The notes below the pieces were generated by a model, which saw only the letters and a program-made list of their open reading frames with translations, ran no database searches and was not told the DNA's origin. A stretch of 64,000 bases of DNA from Candidatus Latescibacterota bacterium (GTDB lineage Bacteria; Latescibacterota; UBA2968; UBA8231). The first letter of the stretch is position 1. Every line of letters begins with the position of its first letter. The stretch spans positions 1,216,001 through 1,280,000 of the forward strand of contig OZ241362.1 in NCBI GenBank assembly GCA_965200315.1. Direction: 5' to 3'. Of this stretch, positions 8,894 to 18,233 are shown piece after piece. The position numbers and the translations under genes were made by a program.

Positions 8894-11527
8894 CTGAATC
8901 GACTCAGATGGGTATTCGTTTAACGGATCGTCGTCGCCGCTAGCGGTGGCGTCCGCCAAGGCCATGCGTGCTTGTACGCGGCTTTGCAGGCGCAGATAAA
9001 CCTCGAGGTCCTTGGTAGGCCAATAGTTAATCATCCACACCGACTGGTTGCGGCTGCCGATGCGGTCAATGCGCCCTAAGCGCTGAATGATACGCACTGG
9101 ATTCCAGTGGATGTCGTAGTTGAGTGCGGTATCGCAATCCTGAAGGTTCTGCCCCTCTGAGATGCAATCGGTGGCAATCAGCAAGTCGATTTCGTCGGTG
9201 CTATTGGCCTGCCCGTGTGCCCGTGGCGCGAAGAGGGTCAGAATGGCGTTGAAGTTGTTAGGACCGAAAGCGGTGCGCGTTGCGTCCCCAGAGACCATCG
9301 CCATGTTCAACCCCAATTCGTGCACCAAGTCCGCCAAGTTTTCGTACAGATACTCCGCCGTATCCTTGAAGGTGGTAAACACCAGCAGCTTGCGGTTGAT
9401 CCGGCCATCCTTGTCGGTCGTCGGGTGTTGTGCTCTGTCCCGAATGTGCGCCTTAATCTCTCGCAGCTTACCGTCCCGTTCCGGCGTGATAATACTGACC
9501 CGTTCATAGACCGCCTCCAGAGTCTTCTTATCCTTCAGCAAGTCCTCTTTCCAACGGGGCAAATCCAACTCGCGCAGATGGTAGGGGGTGCGTGCCCGAT
9601 TGATCTGAAATTCCTCGTCATCTTCATCGTCATCCGGGAGGGTATCCGCTCGCTCGTCCAACAGCAGGTTTTGCTCATAGCGGTCTATCTTTTCTAGCAG
9701 GTCGTCAATTTTGCCGATAGTGCGCTTGAGCGTTTCCGTCAGAGAGTGGGCCGAACTTTCTAGGCGTTTCAGAAAGTTGACTCGTATCATACTGATGAGG
9801 AAACGCTCGCGGTCAGCCTGATTAAACCGCAGTTGCTTCTTTTCGTCCGCCAACCGTTGCTTGGCTTCGGGGCTGGTAACATAGCTTGACGGCCGGTAAA
9901 TGGATAAGGCGAACTGCTCAATTTGCGCGGATAATTTTTTGTACGAAAGCTCGTCCTCTAAATCCGTCAGCGGGTAGCAATTCTCCGGCTGTTGCCGCGT
10001 GGGGAACTGACCGATCCGGTCTATTTCTTCGGCGTAGAATTGCTTGATCTGCCGCCGTGAGCGAGCAATGGAAATGCCGCCCAACAGCTTAAAAAAATCA
10101 GCACCCAACGTCTCCAGTAACGTCGTCTTGTCTTTTTTGACACTCTTCTCCGCTTTCGTCTCCCATGCCTTAAACTCCTTTTGCGCCTGACCTAAGAGCG
10201 TGCCGATATGGCCGATGCCCAGACTTTCCCGGAACATGTCCTCGCGCTTTTCGGTCATCAGATAAATTTGATTGCGGAGGTCAATAAGCGAGGTGTTGAC
10301 CGGCGTCGCTGAAAGCATCAGCACCTTCGTTTGGGTTCCAGCCTTGATGACTTCTTCTAACAGCCGCGAGTAGCGGCTGTGGCGAATCCTGCCGTCTTCG
10401 TCGAGACGAGACTTGGAGTCATTGCGAAAATTGTGAGATTCGTCGATGACCACCATGTCAAAATTGCGCCAGTTGAACTGGGCCAGATCAATGTCGCCGG
10501 CTTGCCCACTGCTGCGGGACAAGTCCGTATGCGATAGCAAGGTGTAGCCAAAGCGGTCTTCGAGGAAGGGATTGCCAGTTCGGGCGTTATATGCTGGATA
10601 CAGCGCCCAATTTTCGCGCAACTTTTTGGGGCATAACACCAGCACTCGTTCGTTACGCAATTCAAAGAACTTGATAACCGCTAACGCCGTATAGGTCTTT
10701 CCCAAGCCGACCGCGTCGGCCAAAATACAGCCATTGTGCCGCCGCAGGTGAGCGATCACGCTCTTAGCTCCGTCTTTTTGGAAGTCGTACAGCGCGTTCC
10801 AGACGGCGGTATCGTATAGGTGTGTATCTTTTAGGTGGCTTTCGCCGGCTTTTCTCGCTTCGATGTCTTCCTGGAACAACTCGTAGAGCGTTTTATAGTA
10901 GATCAACTCCGGCGCGTACTCTCTGCCTATCCGCGCCAGCGCGTCCAGCACGTCCTTTTTGACATCCTTGGTCAGCGTCTTGTCCGCCCACAGATCGTCA
11001 AACCATTGTTGTAGTTCGGTACAAGTAGCTGCGTTTTGGGTTGCCAAGTTGATTTCCACGTTGGCACTCGTCCCGCTGCCTAGACCGCCGCGAGTAAAGT
11101 TGGAGCTGCCAACCACCGCTGTGCCGCCATTGGCTGATTCGGTGAGATACATCTTGCCGTGCAGAAAGTTGGATTTGCCAATGGAGCGAATTTTGACGCC
11201 TTTGCTGCTTATCCATGCTGTGCATTGACGAGCAAGGTATTTCTGTTGCAATGCGTACAGAGGCGATAGCCCGTCTTCAGTCAGGTTGAAGGCTTTTTGC
11301 GCTTTCTCGCCGGGGTCTAACTCGCCAACCGATGCCGGATCACCAAAGAGAAAACGCACATCCTTAACACCGTTCAATTCGCTTTGCAGGGCCTCGTACC
11401 CATAAATGGTGAAATACGCCGAGACGAGGCGAAACACCTCAGCGGCTGACAGGTGCGGCCGCAAATAATCGACAACTCGACGCTGGCGATTGTCTAGGAT
11501 GTGTTCGATGTGTTCGTATTCTGCCAT
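8540..11527 (-). CDS. PLD-domain SNF2-type helicase with in-frame C-terminal MazF/PemK domain
   Basis: PLD-like HGKMY...GSSNFT; Walker A ADAVGLGKT; DESH; SATP; QRLGRIDR. The last ~118 aa are MazF-like. Start is probably ATG at 11527. Confidence 0.9.
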   Translation of the reverse strand: MAEYEHIEHILDNRQRRVVDYLRPHLSAAEVFRLVSAYFTIYGYEALQSELNGVKDVRFLFGDPASVGELDPGEKAQKAFNLTEDGLSPLYALQQKYLARQCTAWISSKGVKIRSIGKSNFLHGKMYLTESANGGTAVVGSSNFTRGGLGSGTSANVEINLATQNAATCTELQQWFDDLWADKTLTKDVKKDVLDALARIGREYAPELIYYKTLYELFQEDIEARKAGESHLKDTHLYDTAVWNALYDFQKDGAKSVIAHLRRHNGCILADAVGLGKTYTALAVIKFFELRNERVLVLCPKKLRENWALYPAYNARTGNPFLEDRFGYTLLSHTDLSRSSGQAGDIDLAQFNWRNFDMVVIDESHNFRNDSKSRLDEDGRIRHSRYSRLLEEVIKAGTQTKVLMLSATPVNTSLIDLRNQIYLMTEKREDMFRESLGIGHIGTLLGQAQKEFKAWETKAEKSVKKDKTTLLETLGADFFKLLGGISIARSRRQIKQFYAEEIDRIGQFPTRQQPENCYPLTDLEDELSYKKLSAQIEQFALSIYRPSSYVTSPEAKQRLADEKKQLRFNQADRERFLISMIRVNFLKRLESSAHSLTETLKRTIGKIDDLLEKIDRYEQNLLLDERADTLPDDDEDDEEFQINRARTPYHLRELDLPRWKEDLLKDKKTLEAVYERVSIITPERDGKLREIKAHIRDRAQHPTTDKDGRINRKLLVFTTFKDTAEYLYENLADLVHELGLNMAMVSGDATRTAFGPNNFNAILTLFAPRAHGQANSTDEIDLLIATDCISEGQNLQDCDTALNYDIHWNPVRIIQRLGRIDRIGSRNQSVWMINYWPTKDLEVYLRLQSRVQARMALADATASGDDDPLNEYPSESIQMELKQRGDVVWIDFNPQAGHEQGGRRPAVVLSPRAYNSKTRLAIFCPVTSHVKGYPFEVAMPERQDVPGVILTDQVKSMDWRARNTAFICSLPTQTVDAILQRVGTLLTMSTRKETT

Positions 11528-11579
11528 ATCAGATAGGGAAAGAAGTGAATAGGCTTTCAATTGCTTAGTGATTGTCTAG

Positions 11580-11599
11580 CACCTAGGCAACCCGCAACC
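11580..11599 (+). repeat. Right direct repeat (att-like) of the island
   Basis: 17/20 identity to 1862-1881; lies just past the ubiA/mqnP stop. Confidence 0.55.
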
Positions 11600-11610
11600 A
11601 GCTTTCCACG

Positions 11611-12516
11611 TCAAAAGCGCAGCAATTCCCCCTCGCCAAACACGAGCAAGTCGGCCCAGATCGCGGCAAAGTAGATCAGGCTAACCGTGCTGTTGACCGT
11701 CATAAAAGCCGTGCTCAAGCGCGACAGGTCGTCGGCTCGCACCAGCCGGTGCTCGTACACCAGCAAGCCAGCGACTACTACTACCCCCAACCAGTACAAA
11801 AGGCTCAAGCCGGCCGCACGGCCCACGAGAAGCAACAGCACCACGAACAATAAGTGTAAGGCGCGGGCGATGTACAAAGCGCGGGCAATGCCAAAGCGGA
11901 CCGGGATGGAATGGAGTCCAGCCCGGACGTCAAAGGCGCGATCTTGGCAGGCGTAGATGATGTCAAAACCAGCGACCCAAACCAGCACCCCCAAGCAGAG
12001 CAGCAGGGGGATGGGATCAAAGCTACCAGTGACCGCAATCCAAGCGCCCAGCGGCGCCCCGCCCAAACTCAGCCCCAACACCAAATGAGAGGCCCAAGTG
12101 AAGCGCTTGGTCAGCGAGTAGAACAAGAGCACGGCCAAAACCAACGGCGACAGATAAAAGCACAGCGGGTTGAGCAGGTAAGCTGACAAGACCAACATTA
12201 GGGCGGACAAAACCACAAACAACCCCACGGCCCGAGGCGAGACCACGCCTTGCGGCAGCTCGCGGTTTTGGGTGCGGGGATTGGCCGCGTCGAGGTGGCG
12301 GTCAACGAGGCGATTAAAACCCATCGCCGCGCTACGTGCCCCTACCATAGCCAGCGCGATCCAGCCGATCTGGGCCGGGGTAATGCCCGTGTACGCGGCG
12401 GCCAGCAAGGCACCGCTAAAGGCAAAGGGCAGGGCAAAGACGCTGTGGGAGAATTTGATCATGCGGCCGTACACCGCAATGGCCTGCAAGAGAGCCATCT
12501 CGACCTTCCTCGACAA
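11611..12516 (-). CDS. UbiA-family prenyltransferase (MqnP-like)
   Basis: IKFSHSVFALPFA, NRLVDRHLDAANPRT, FDIIYACQD; multi-TM; in the mqn cluster. Confidence 0.9.
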   Translation of the reverse strand: MSRKVEMALLQAIAVYGRMIKFSHSVFALPFAFSGALLAAAYTGITPAQIGWIALAMVGARSAAMGFNRLVDRHLDAANPRTQNRELPQGVVSPRAVGLFVVLSALMLVLSAYLLNPLCFYLSPLVLAVLLFYSLTKRFTWASHLVLGLSLGGAPLGAWIAVTGSFDPIPLLLCLGVLVWVAGFDIIYACQDRAFDVRAGLHSIPVRFGIARALYIARALHLLFVVLLLLVGRAAGLSLLYWLGVVVVAGLLVYEHRLVRADDLSRLSTAFMTVNSTVSLIYFAAIWADLLVFGEGELLRF

Positions 12517-12527
12517 GGGCGGCCTCG

Positions 12528-13322
12528 TCAGGCCGTTGGATAAAAGCGCAGCCGGGGGACCGCGTCGATCAGGCCGTGGCGGTGAGCCAGTTGGTAGAAC
12601 AGCCGCAAACCGGCTTGGGCGGCCTCGTCCAAATCAAAGCGGATGTGGTGGGTCAGGTAGTGCTCATAGAACTCGGGCGGGCCGCCGCACTCGCGGCTGT
12701 ACGCTGCGGCGATGGACGGCACTTGGCACACCCCCTGACCTTTGGCCCCCTGCAACTGTTGGACTTGGGCCGGTGAGAGTGCCTGCGGGCGACCAGCCCA
12801 AAAGGCAAAGACAAAAGGCAGATCGGTCATGGCCGTCCATTCCCTCCCCAAGTCGAGGCTCTCCACGTCCCCGTCCAAGTGCGGGAAGACCTGATCGCCG
12901 ATGAGCAGGGCCGCGTCGGCGCACTCCAGCATGGCCGCCAAATCGGGCGGAGCTTCGATCAGTTGCGGGGTGAGAGCAAATTTTTCGCGCAGGAGGATGG
13001 ACAGCAAAGCCACTGAAGTGCGGGAACTGGTGTCCAAGGCTATGCGCTCAACTTGCGGCAACGGACGGCGGCAAAAAAGGCGCACCGTCAGCACCGAACC
13101 CTGCGAACCAATGGCTATATCGGGGACGATCCGATAGGGGCGAGGGCTGCGGGCATATTCGATCGCGGGAATAATCCCCACGTCGATAGTGCCAGCTGCC
13201 AGCTCCCTCGCGCAGCGCGAGGGCACCGAATAACTCAGGACAAAAGGCGCGGGATCGCGTTCGAGGGCAACGACGAGGGGCCGCGTGTTGAGGTATGGGA
13301 CCGCGCCCAAGCGCGGCTTCAT
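12528..13322 (-). CDS. mqnA: Chorismate dehydratase
   Basis: VPYLNTRP, SRTSVAL, LLIGD, DLGREW, LPFVFAFW; the ATG at 13322 overlaps the mqnC stop. Confidence 0.9.
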   Translation of the reverse strand: MKPRLGAVPYLNTRPLVVALERDPAPFVLSYSVPSRCARELAAGTIDVGIIPAIEYARSPRPYRIVPDIAIGSQGSVLTVRLFCRRPLPQVERIALDTSSRTSVALLSILLREKFALTPQLIEAPPDLAAMLECADAALLIGDQVFPHLDGDVESLDLGREWTAMTDLPFVFAFWAGRPQALSPAQVQQLQGAKGQGVCQVPSIAAAYSRECGGPPEFYEHYLTHHIRFDLDEAAQAGLRLFYQLAHRHGLIDAVPRLRFYPTA

Positions 13323-14461
13323 GAATGGACGGCCTCTTGCAAAGCGTCGATCCGACAAGGCGCGGCCACCGGCTCGTAGCGGGTGTTGCGCCGCTGCGGC
13401 GCAAAGCCAGCGTCGCGGATTAGCCGTTCCATGGCATCCAAACCCATCTCGTTGGTGTGGCTAGTGCCGGCGGCACTGACGACGTTTTCTTCGAGCATGG
13501 TGCTGCCGAAATCGTTGACTCCGTAGCGCAAGCTGACTTGGGCGATTTTAGGCCCTTGGGTCACCCACGATGCCTGCAAGCTGGGGATATTGTCGAGGAA
13601 GAGCCGCGCTACGGCCACCGTGCGCAGGTGGTCGTACCCGGTCGCTTTGGCACCGTTCCAGCGGGTTGCGTCCGCGCCCAGGTCCGTGTGGTCGGGCTGG
13701 AAGTTCCAAGCAATAAAGGCAGTGAAGCCACCGCGTTCGTCCTGTAGCTGCCGTAGGCGGTTCAAGTGCTCTAGGCGATGCTCGACCGTCTCCACGTGGC
13801 CGTACATCATCGTCGCCGTAGTCGGCATCCCCAGCGCGTGCGCCACGCGATGCACTTCCAGCCACTCCTCGGTGCGGTCCTTGCGAAAGCCGATGATGTC
13901 GCGCACCTCGTCGTTGAGGATCTCGGCACCGGCCCCTGGTATCGAATCCAGCCCCGCGTCGCGCAGGCGGCGAATAGTCTCGCCCAGCGGCAGCCGCGAC
14001 AGGTGCGCGATGTAGATGATTTCTGTGGCCGAAAGACAATGTAGCTGCACCTGCGGATAGCGATCCCTGATTGCCGAGAGCAACTGTTCGTAGTAATCGA
14101 GGCGCAGTTTGGGGTTGAGGCCGCCCTGCATCAGGATTTCGCAGGCCTTAGGCTCGTCGCCGCCAAAGGCCACCAACTCGTCGATTTTGGCAAATATCTG
14201 CTCTCGGGGCAGGACGTAGCCCTCGCCAGAACCCGGCGGCCGGTAGAAGGCGCAAAAGTCGCACTTGACCCAACAGACATTGGTGTAGTTGATGTTGCGC
14301 CCGACGTTGTAGGTGACCACCTGCTCGGGGTGTTTTTGCAGGCGCGCCCAATGCGCCAGCATCCCCAGCTCGGCGAGGTTGTGATGCGCGTACAGACGGC
14401 GCACATCCTCGAGCGCGAGGCGCTCCCCGGCATAGACCTTTTCGGCAATATCGGCGATCAC
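13319..14461 (-). CDS. mqnC: Cyclic dehypoxanthinyl futalosine synthase (radical SAM)
   Basis: NINYTNVCWVKCDFCAF, LMQGG, QASWVTQG, DFGSTMLEENVV. Confidence 0.88.
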   Translation of the reverse strand: MIADIAEKVYAGERLALEDVRRLYAHHNLAELGMLAHWARLQKHPEQVVTYNVGRNINYTNVCWVKCDFCAFYRPPGSGEGYVLPREQIFAKIDELVAFGGDEPKACEILMQGGLNPKLRLDYYEQLLSAIRDRYPQVQLHCLSATEIIYIAHLSRLPLGETIRRLRDAGLDSIPGAGAEILNDEVRDIIGFRKDRTEEWLEVHRVAHALGMPTTATMMYGHVETVEHRLEHLNRLRQLQDERGGFTAFIAWNFQPDHTDLGADATRWNGAKATGYDHLRTVAVARLFLDNIPSLQASWVTQGPKIAQVSLRYGVNDFGSTMLEENVVSAAGTSHTNEMGLDAMERLIRDAGFAPQRRNTRYEPVAAPCRIDALQEAVHS

Positions 14462-14466
14462 GGGTA

Positions 14467-15591
14467 CTATCCGGCTGCCGCCAACAGAGTCGGGGTATCG
14501 GCGACGACATGGTAGAGGGAATCGCGCTCCAAAGGCTGTCGCCCGGCCTCGACGATGCGCTGCACGAGCTCGGCCTGCGTCAGCCGCTGCTGAGTGTCGG
14601 CAAAGCTCTTGCGGGTGATTTCGTAGTCCATGACCGTGCCGTCAATGTCGTCGGCCCCATACCAGAGCGCGGTCTGCGAAATCTCGATGGTGTTCATAAT
14701 CCAGAAGGTTTTGACGTGGGGGAAGTTGTCGAGCATCAGCCGCCCCACCGCGATCTCCTTGAGGTCTAGGCAACCCGTCGGCCCGGGTACGTGCTCTAGC
14801 TCGGTGCGCTCAGGGTGAAAAGAGAGCGGGATGTAGCAGAGAAAACCGCCGGTCTCGTCCTGTACTTCGCGCAGCCGCACGAGGTGATAGACCTTCTCCT
14901 CAGTGTTTTCAATGTGGCCGTAGAGCATGGTGGCGTTGGAGGGGAGGCCGGCTCGATGCGCCGTCTGCGCGATTTCCAGCCATTCCTCAGAATCCGCCTT
15001 GGTCCAGAAAAGATCGCCTTGGACCCGATCGCTGAAGACCTCGGCCCCGCCGCCGGGCAGCGACTCCAGCCCCGCCGCCTTCATATCGGCAAAAATTTCC
15101 GCTAGCGGCTTTTGGGCGATGCGCTGAATCTGGGCGATCTCGATCATGGTGAAGGCCTTCAGATGCGCGGCCGGGCGGGCTTGCTTCATCGCCCGCAAGA
15201 CATCGAGATAGTATTGGTAGGGCAGCTTGGGATTGACGCCGCCAACCATGTGGATCTCGGTGATCGGGGCTTGCGCGTACTCGGCGACCCGCGCGGCGAC
15301 CTGCTCGGGAGCCAACACGTAGCCGCGCTCGTCTTTGGGCTTGACGTAGAAGGAACAGAACTTGCAGAGCTTGTTGCAGATGTTGGTGTAGTTGATGTGC
15401 TGGTTGCGCACATAGTACGCAGTGTCGCCGCTTTTGCGCTCGCGGACGATATTGGCCAGATAGCCCAAGATGGGCAGCTCATCGCAGGCGTATAGGCGCA
15501 GACCGTCGCCTGAGCTCAAGCGCTGCCCGGCCAGCACTTTGTCGTGGATATCTGCGAGACCGGCGCGGGCGATAAGGTCGTCGTAAATCAC
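14467..15591 (-). CDS. mqnE: Aminofutalosine synthase (radical SAM)
   Basis: HINYTNICNKLCKFCSF, EIHMVGG, PGGGAEVF, NATMLYGHIE, GADDIDGTV. Confidence 0.88.
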   Translation of the reverse strand: MIYDDLIARAGLADIHDKVLAGQRLSSGDGLRLYACDELPILGYLANIVRERKSGDTAYYVRNQHINYTNICNKLCKFCSFYVKPKDERGYVLAPEQVAARVAEYAQAPITEIHMVGGVNPKLPYQYYLDVLRAMKQARPAAHLKAFTMIEIAQIQRIAQKPLAEIFADMKAAGLESLPGGGAEVFSDRVQGDLFWTKADSEEWLEIAQTAHRAGLPSNATMLYGHIENTEEKVYHLVRLREVQDETGGFLCYIPLSFHPERTELEHVPGPTGCLDLKEIAVGRLMLDNFPHVKTFWIMNTIEISQTALWYGADDIDGTVMDYEITRKSFADTQQRLTQAELVQRIVEAGRQPLERDSLYHVVADTPTLLAAAG

Positions 15592-15631
15592 TTATTTCTC
15601 CAGCGTTTAGTACATAATACCTATGGGTATC

Positions 15632-16360
15632 TCATTCGTCAACCGGCCCTTTGACTCCTTGGTACAGCGCGGCAATCCCCAAGGTCATGGGCGTGTAGCG
15701 CACCTGGCTGAACCCGGCCGCGACGAGCAATTCGACAAAGGCCAGCCCCTGGGGAAAGGTCCCCACCGAGCGCGGCAGATAGGCGTAGGCCCGGCGCTGG
15801 CCGGAGAGTAGGCCGCCTACTAAGGGCAGCACTTTGTGGAAATAAAACAAGTACAATTGCCGGAACAGCGGCGCAGTAGGCTCGCAGAAGTCGAGCACCA
15901 AAAGCTCGCCGCCGGGCTTGAGCACCCGATGCGCCTCGGCCAAGCCACTGGGAATGTGGCCAAAATTGCGCACCCCAAAAGCCCCGGTCACCATGTCGAA
16001 GGTATGGTCCTGAAACGGCAGTTGCTCGGCGTCGCCGACCAACAGCTCCACGCCTGCGGGCAGCTCCTTGGCCGCCACCTTAGCCGCCCCCAGCCGCAGC
16101 ATCTCAATAGCCATGTCAATACCGACGACCTGCTGCGGCCCTAAGCGAGCGGCCGCGAGGGCAAAATCACCAGTACCAGTCGCCAAATCCAAGACGCGCT
16201 GCGGGCGCTTGTGCCGGGCTGCGCGGAGGGCGCGCCGCCGCCAGTACACATCTACGCCGCCGCTGAGCAGGTGGTTGAGCAAGTCGTAGCGCCGGGCAAT
16301 GGCGTTAAACATGTCTCGGTTGCGCCTCTTGTGTTCGGCGACGTTTTGCTTATTCTCCAT
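15632..16360 (-). CDS. ubiE: Demethylmenaquinone methyltransferase (UbiE/MenG)
   Basis: MFNAIARRYDLLNHLLS, LDLATGTGD, FGVRN, AYAYLPRSV. Confidence 0.92.
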   Translation of the reverse strand: MENKQNVAEHKRRNRDMFNAIARRYDLLNHLLSGGVDVYWRRRALRAARHKRPQRVLDLATGTGDFALAAARLGPQQVVGIDMAIEMLRLGAAKVAAKELPAGVELLVGDAEQLPFQDHTFDMVTGAFGVRNFGHIPSGLAEAHRVLKPGGELLVLDFCEPTAPLFRQLYLFYFHKVLPLVGGLLSGQRRAYAYLPRSVGTFPQGLAFVELLVAAGFSQVRYTPMTLGIAALYQGVKGPVDE

Positions 16361-16404
16361 GAAGGAAAAGCTAGTCTCCTTGCCATCACTGTCAACAAGA
16401 GATT

Positions 16405-17769
16405 ATGCCCCAGCTCCAGGCCAACATCCTCATCGCCGACCAATCGCTCTTTATCCGCGAAGGCCTGCAAGAGGCATTGCAAAAACCCGGCTATGCCATT
16501 GAGACTGCCGCGGATGGCACCCAAGTGCGCCGGATGCTAAAAGCCGGCAATTTTCACTTGGCTATTCTCGACTTGCAGATCCCCGGCCCCGCTGGGATGC
16601 AACTTTTGCAGGAGGTCGGCCAGCGCCACCCCGACACTCTGTGCATCATACTCACCGCCCGTGACAACGTCCACACTGCGGTCGAAGCCATGCGCAAAGG
16701 CGCGTACGACGTAGTGACCAAACCCGTTGATCTAGACCACTTGCGCGTCGTAGTCGCCCGCGCCCTCGATCGCTTCGAGCTCGTCGTCGAAAACCGCAAG
16801 CTCCACCACCGCCTCGAAAAAGAAGCACCCTTCCGCCGCCTCGTGCGCCGCAGCCCGGCCATGCAAGCCGCCGCCGCCACGATCAAACAAGTGGCCGAAA
16901 CAGACGTGCCGGTGCTCTTGCGCGGCGAGACCGGCGTGGGCAAGGATCTGGTAGCGCGCGCCATCCACGAGCGCAGCAGGCGACGCGACGCCCCCTTTGT
17001 GGCCGTCAACTGCGGTGGCTTCACAGAAGAGCTTTTTACCAGCGAACTGTTCGGCCACAAGCGAGGAGCCTTTACCAGCGCCCACGCCGACCGGCCCGGC
17101 CGTTTCACCCTCGCCGAGGGCGGGACCCTCTTCCTCGACGAAATCGGCGAGGTCTCGCACAAAAATCAGGTCGAGCTTCTGCGCGTCCTAGAGTCCCACG
17201 AGTTTCAACCGCTTGGGGACCCGCAGGTCCACCGCGCCGATGTGCGCATCATCGCCGCGACCAACCGCGACCTCGAAGACGCGGTCGCAACAGGTCGCTT
17301 CCGCGAAGACCTGTACTACCGCCTCAACGTGATCCCCATCGACATTCCCCCCTTGCGCCAGCGGCGGAAAGACATCCCGGTGTTAGTCGAAATGTGCCTC
17401 GACGAAACCTGCCGCGCACAAAACAAACCCCCCAAGAAGATCAGCCCGGAGGCCATGGAGGGCCTCATCGCCTATGATTGGCCGGGCAATGTGCGCCAGT
17501 TGCGCAACCTGTTGCAACGGCTCGTGGTCACCACCCCGGCTACAGTCATCCTCCCCGAACACCTGCCCGGCCCACTCGGAGAGCTAGCCGATGGCCCCGG
17601 GCAGGTCTCAATGGTCCTCGGCTCTTCCCTGCAAGAGGTCGAAGCCGAATACATCCGCCAGACCCTCCAACGCCTCACGAGCAACCGCCGCGAGGCGGCC
17701 ACCATCTTGGGCATTAGCGTCCGTTCCCTCCAGTACAAGCTCAAGCAGTACAACATCACCAATAAGTAA
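16405..17769 (+). CDS. Sigma-54-dependent response regulator (REC-AAA+-HTH, NtrC/AtoC family)
   Basis: Receiver domain (ILDL, KP), GETGVGK, GAFTSA loop, FLDEIGE, WPGNVRQL, Fis-type HTH. Confidence 0.92.
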   Translation: MPQLQANILIADQSLFIREGLQEALQKPGYAIETAADGTQVRRMLKAGNFHLAILDLQIPGPAGMQLLQEVGQRHPDTLCIILTARDNVHTAVEAMRKGAYDVVTKPVDLDHLRVVVARALDRFELVVENRKLHHRLEKEAPFRRLVRRSPAMQAAAATIKQVAETDVPVLLRGETGVGKDLVARAIHERSRRRDAPFVAVNCGGFTEELFTSELFGHKRGAFTSAHADRPGRFTLAEGGTLFLDEIGEVSHKNQVELLRVLESHEFQPLGDPQVHRADVRIIAATNRDLEDAVATGRFREDLYYRLNVIPIDIPPLRQRRKDIPVLVEMCLDETCRAQNKPPKKISPEAMEGLIAYDWPGNVRQLRNLLQRLVVTTPATVILPEHLPGPLGELADGPGQVSMVLGSSLQEVEAEYIRQTLQRLTSNRREAATILGISVRSLQYKLKQYNITNK

Positions 17770-17792
17770 ATTAGCCAACGCTAGGCGACTCC

Positions 17793-18198
17793 TGCAAATT
17801 TTGCACTTTTGCGCCTGTGCGGTATCTCGACCTGCTCCTCGCCCAGTAGTGTCTTTCTCATAAGTAACATATTCACAATGATTTAACTATAAGAGATTAA
17901 ATGTGGCATTAGATTTGCTTATCTATATGTGAGTCGAAAGGAACCCGGGTCGCCTTCCGCACGACCAGAAGAGTTTCACAACCTTCATCGACCGTAACTA
18001 TCTGTTAATACAGAGCAAACAATTTTGTCAGCTCGAGCATTGAGCAACGCGGGGACGCGTTGCAACCGCGAACTGAAACAATGAGAATGCAAATTTTGCA
18101 CTTTGAGCACATAGAGTCTGACGCTCCTAACTAGCGCAATTCAAGCACCTTGCAGGACATCAGCTCAAAACTATTGCAACTAAGTGCAAAAATTTGCA
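17793..18198. promoter_or_regulatory. Three palindromic TGCA-N5/6-TGCA boxes (putative enhancer-binding-protein sites)
   Basis: TGCAAATTTTGCA at 17793-17805 and 18088-18100; TGCAAAAATTTGCA at 18185-18198. Confidence 0.7.
17904..17918 (+). promoter_or_regulatory. Sigma-54 (-24/-12) promoter
   Basis: TGGCATTAGATTTGC (GG-N10-GC), ~100 bp downstream of a TGCA box and an AT-rich tract. Confidence 0.75.
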
Positions 18199-18233
18199 CC
18201 TGCTGACCCCATTACCCAAGGAAGGTTTCGCAC

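Larger units (their letters stand above)
1862..11599. mobile_element. Defence/genomic island (Fic, tyrosine recombinase, TRD cassette, type IIG-like R-M enzyme, helicase-MazF) between the mqn cluster and rfbB
   Basis: Accessory gene content, visibly lower GC than the flanks, and imperfect flanking direct repeats CATCTAGGCAACTCGCAGCC (1862-1881) and CACCTAGGCAACCCGCAACC (11580-11599). Confidence 0.65.

Noticed and set aside
4923-11527. Complete DISARM or BREX system
   Set aside because: No DrmA/DrmB (DUF1998), PglZ or BrxC genes are in the island.
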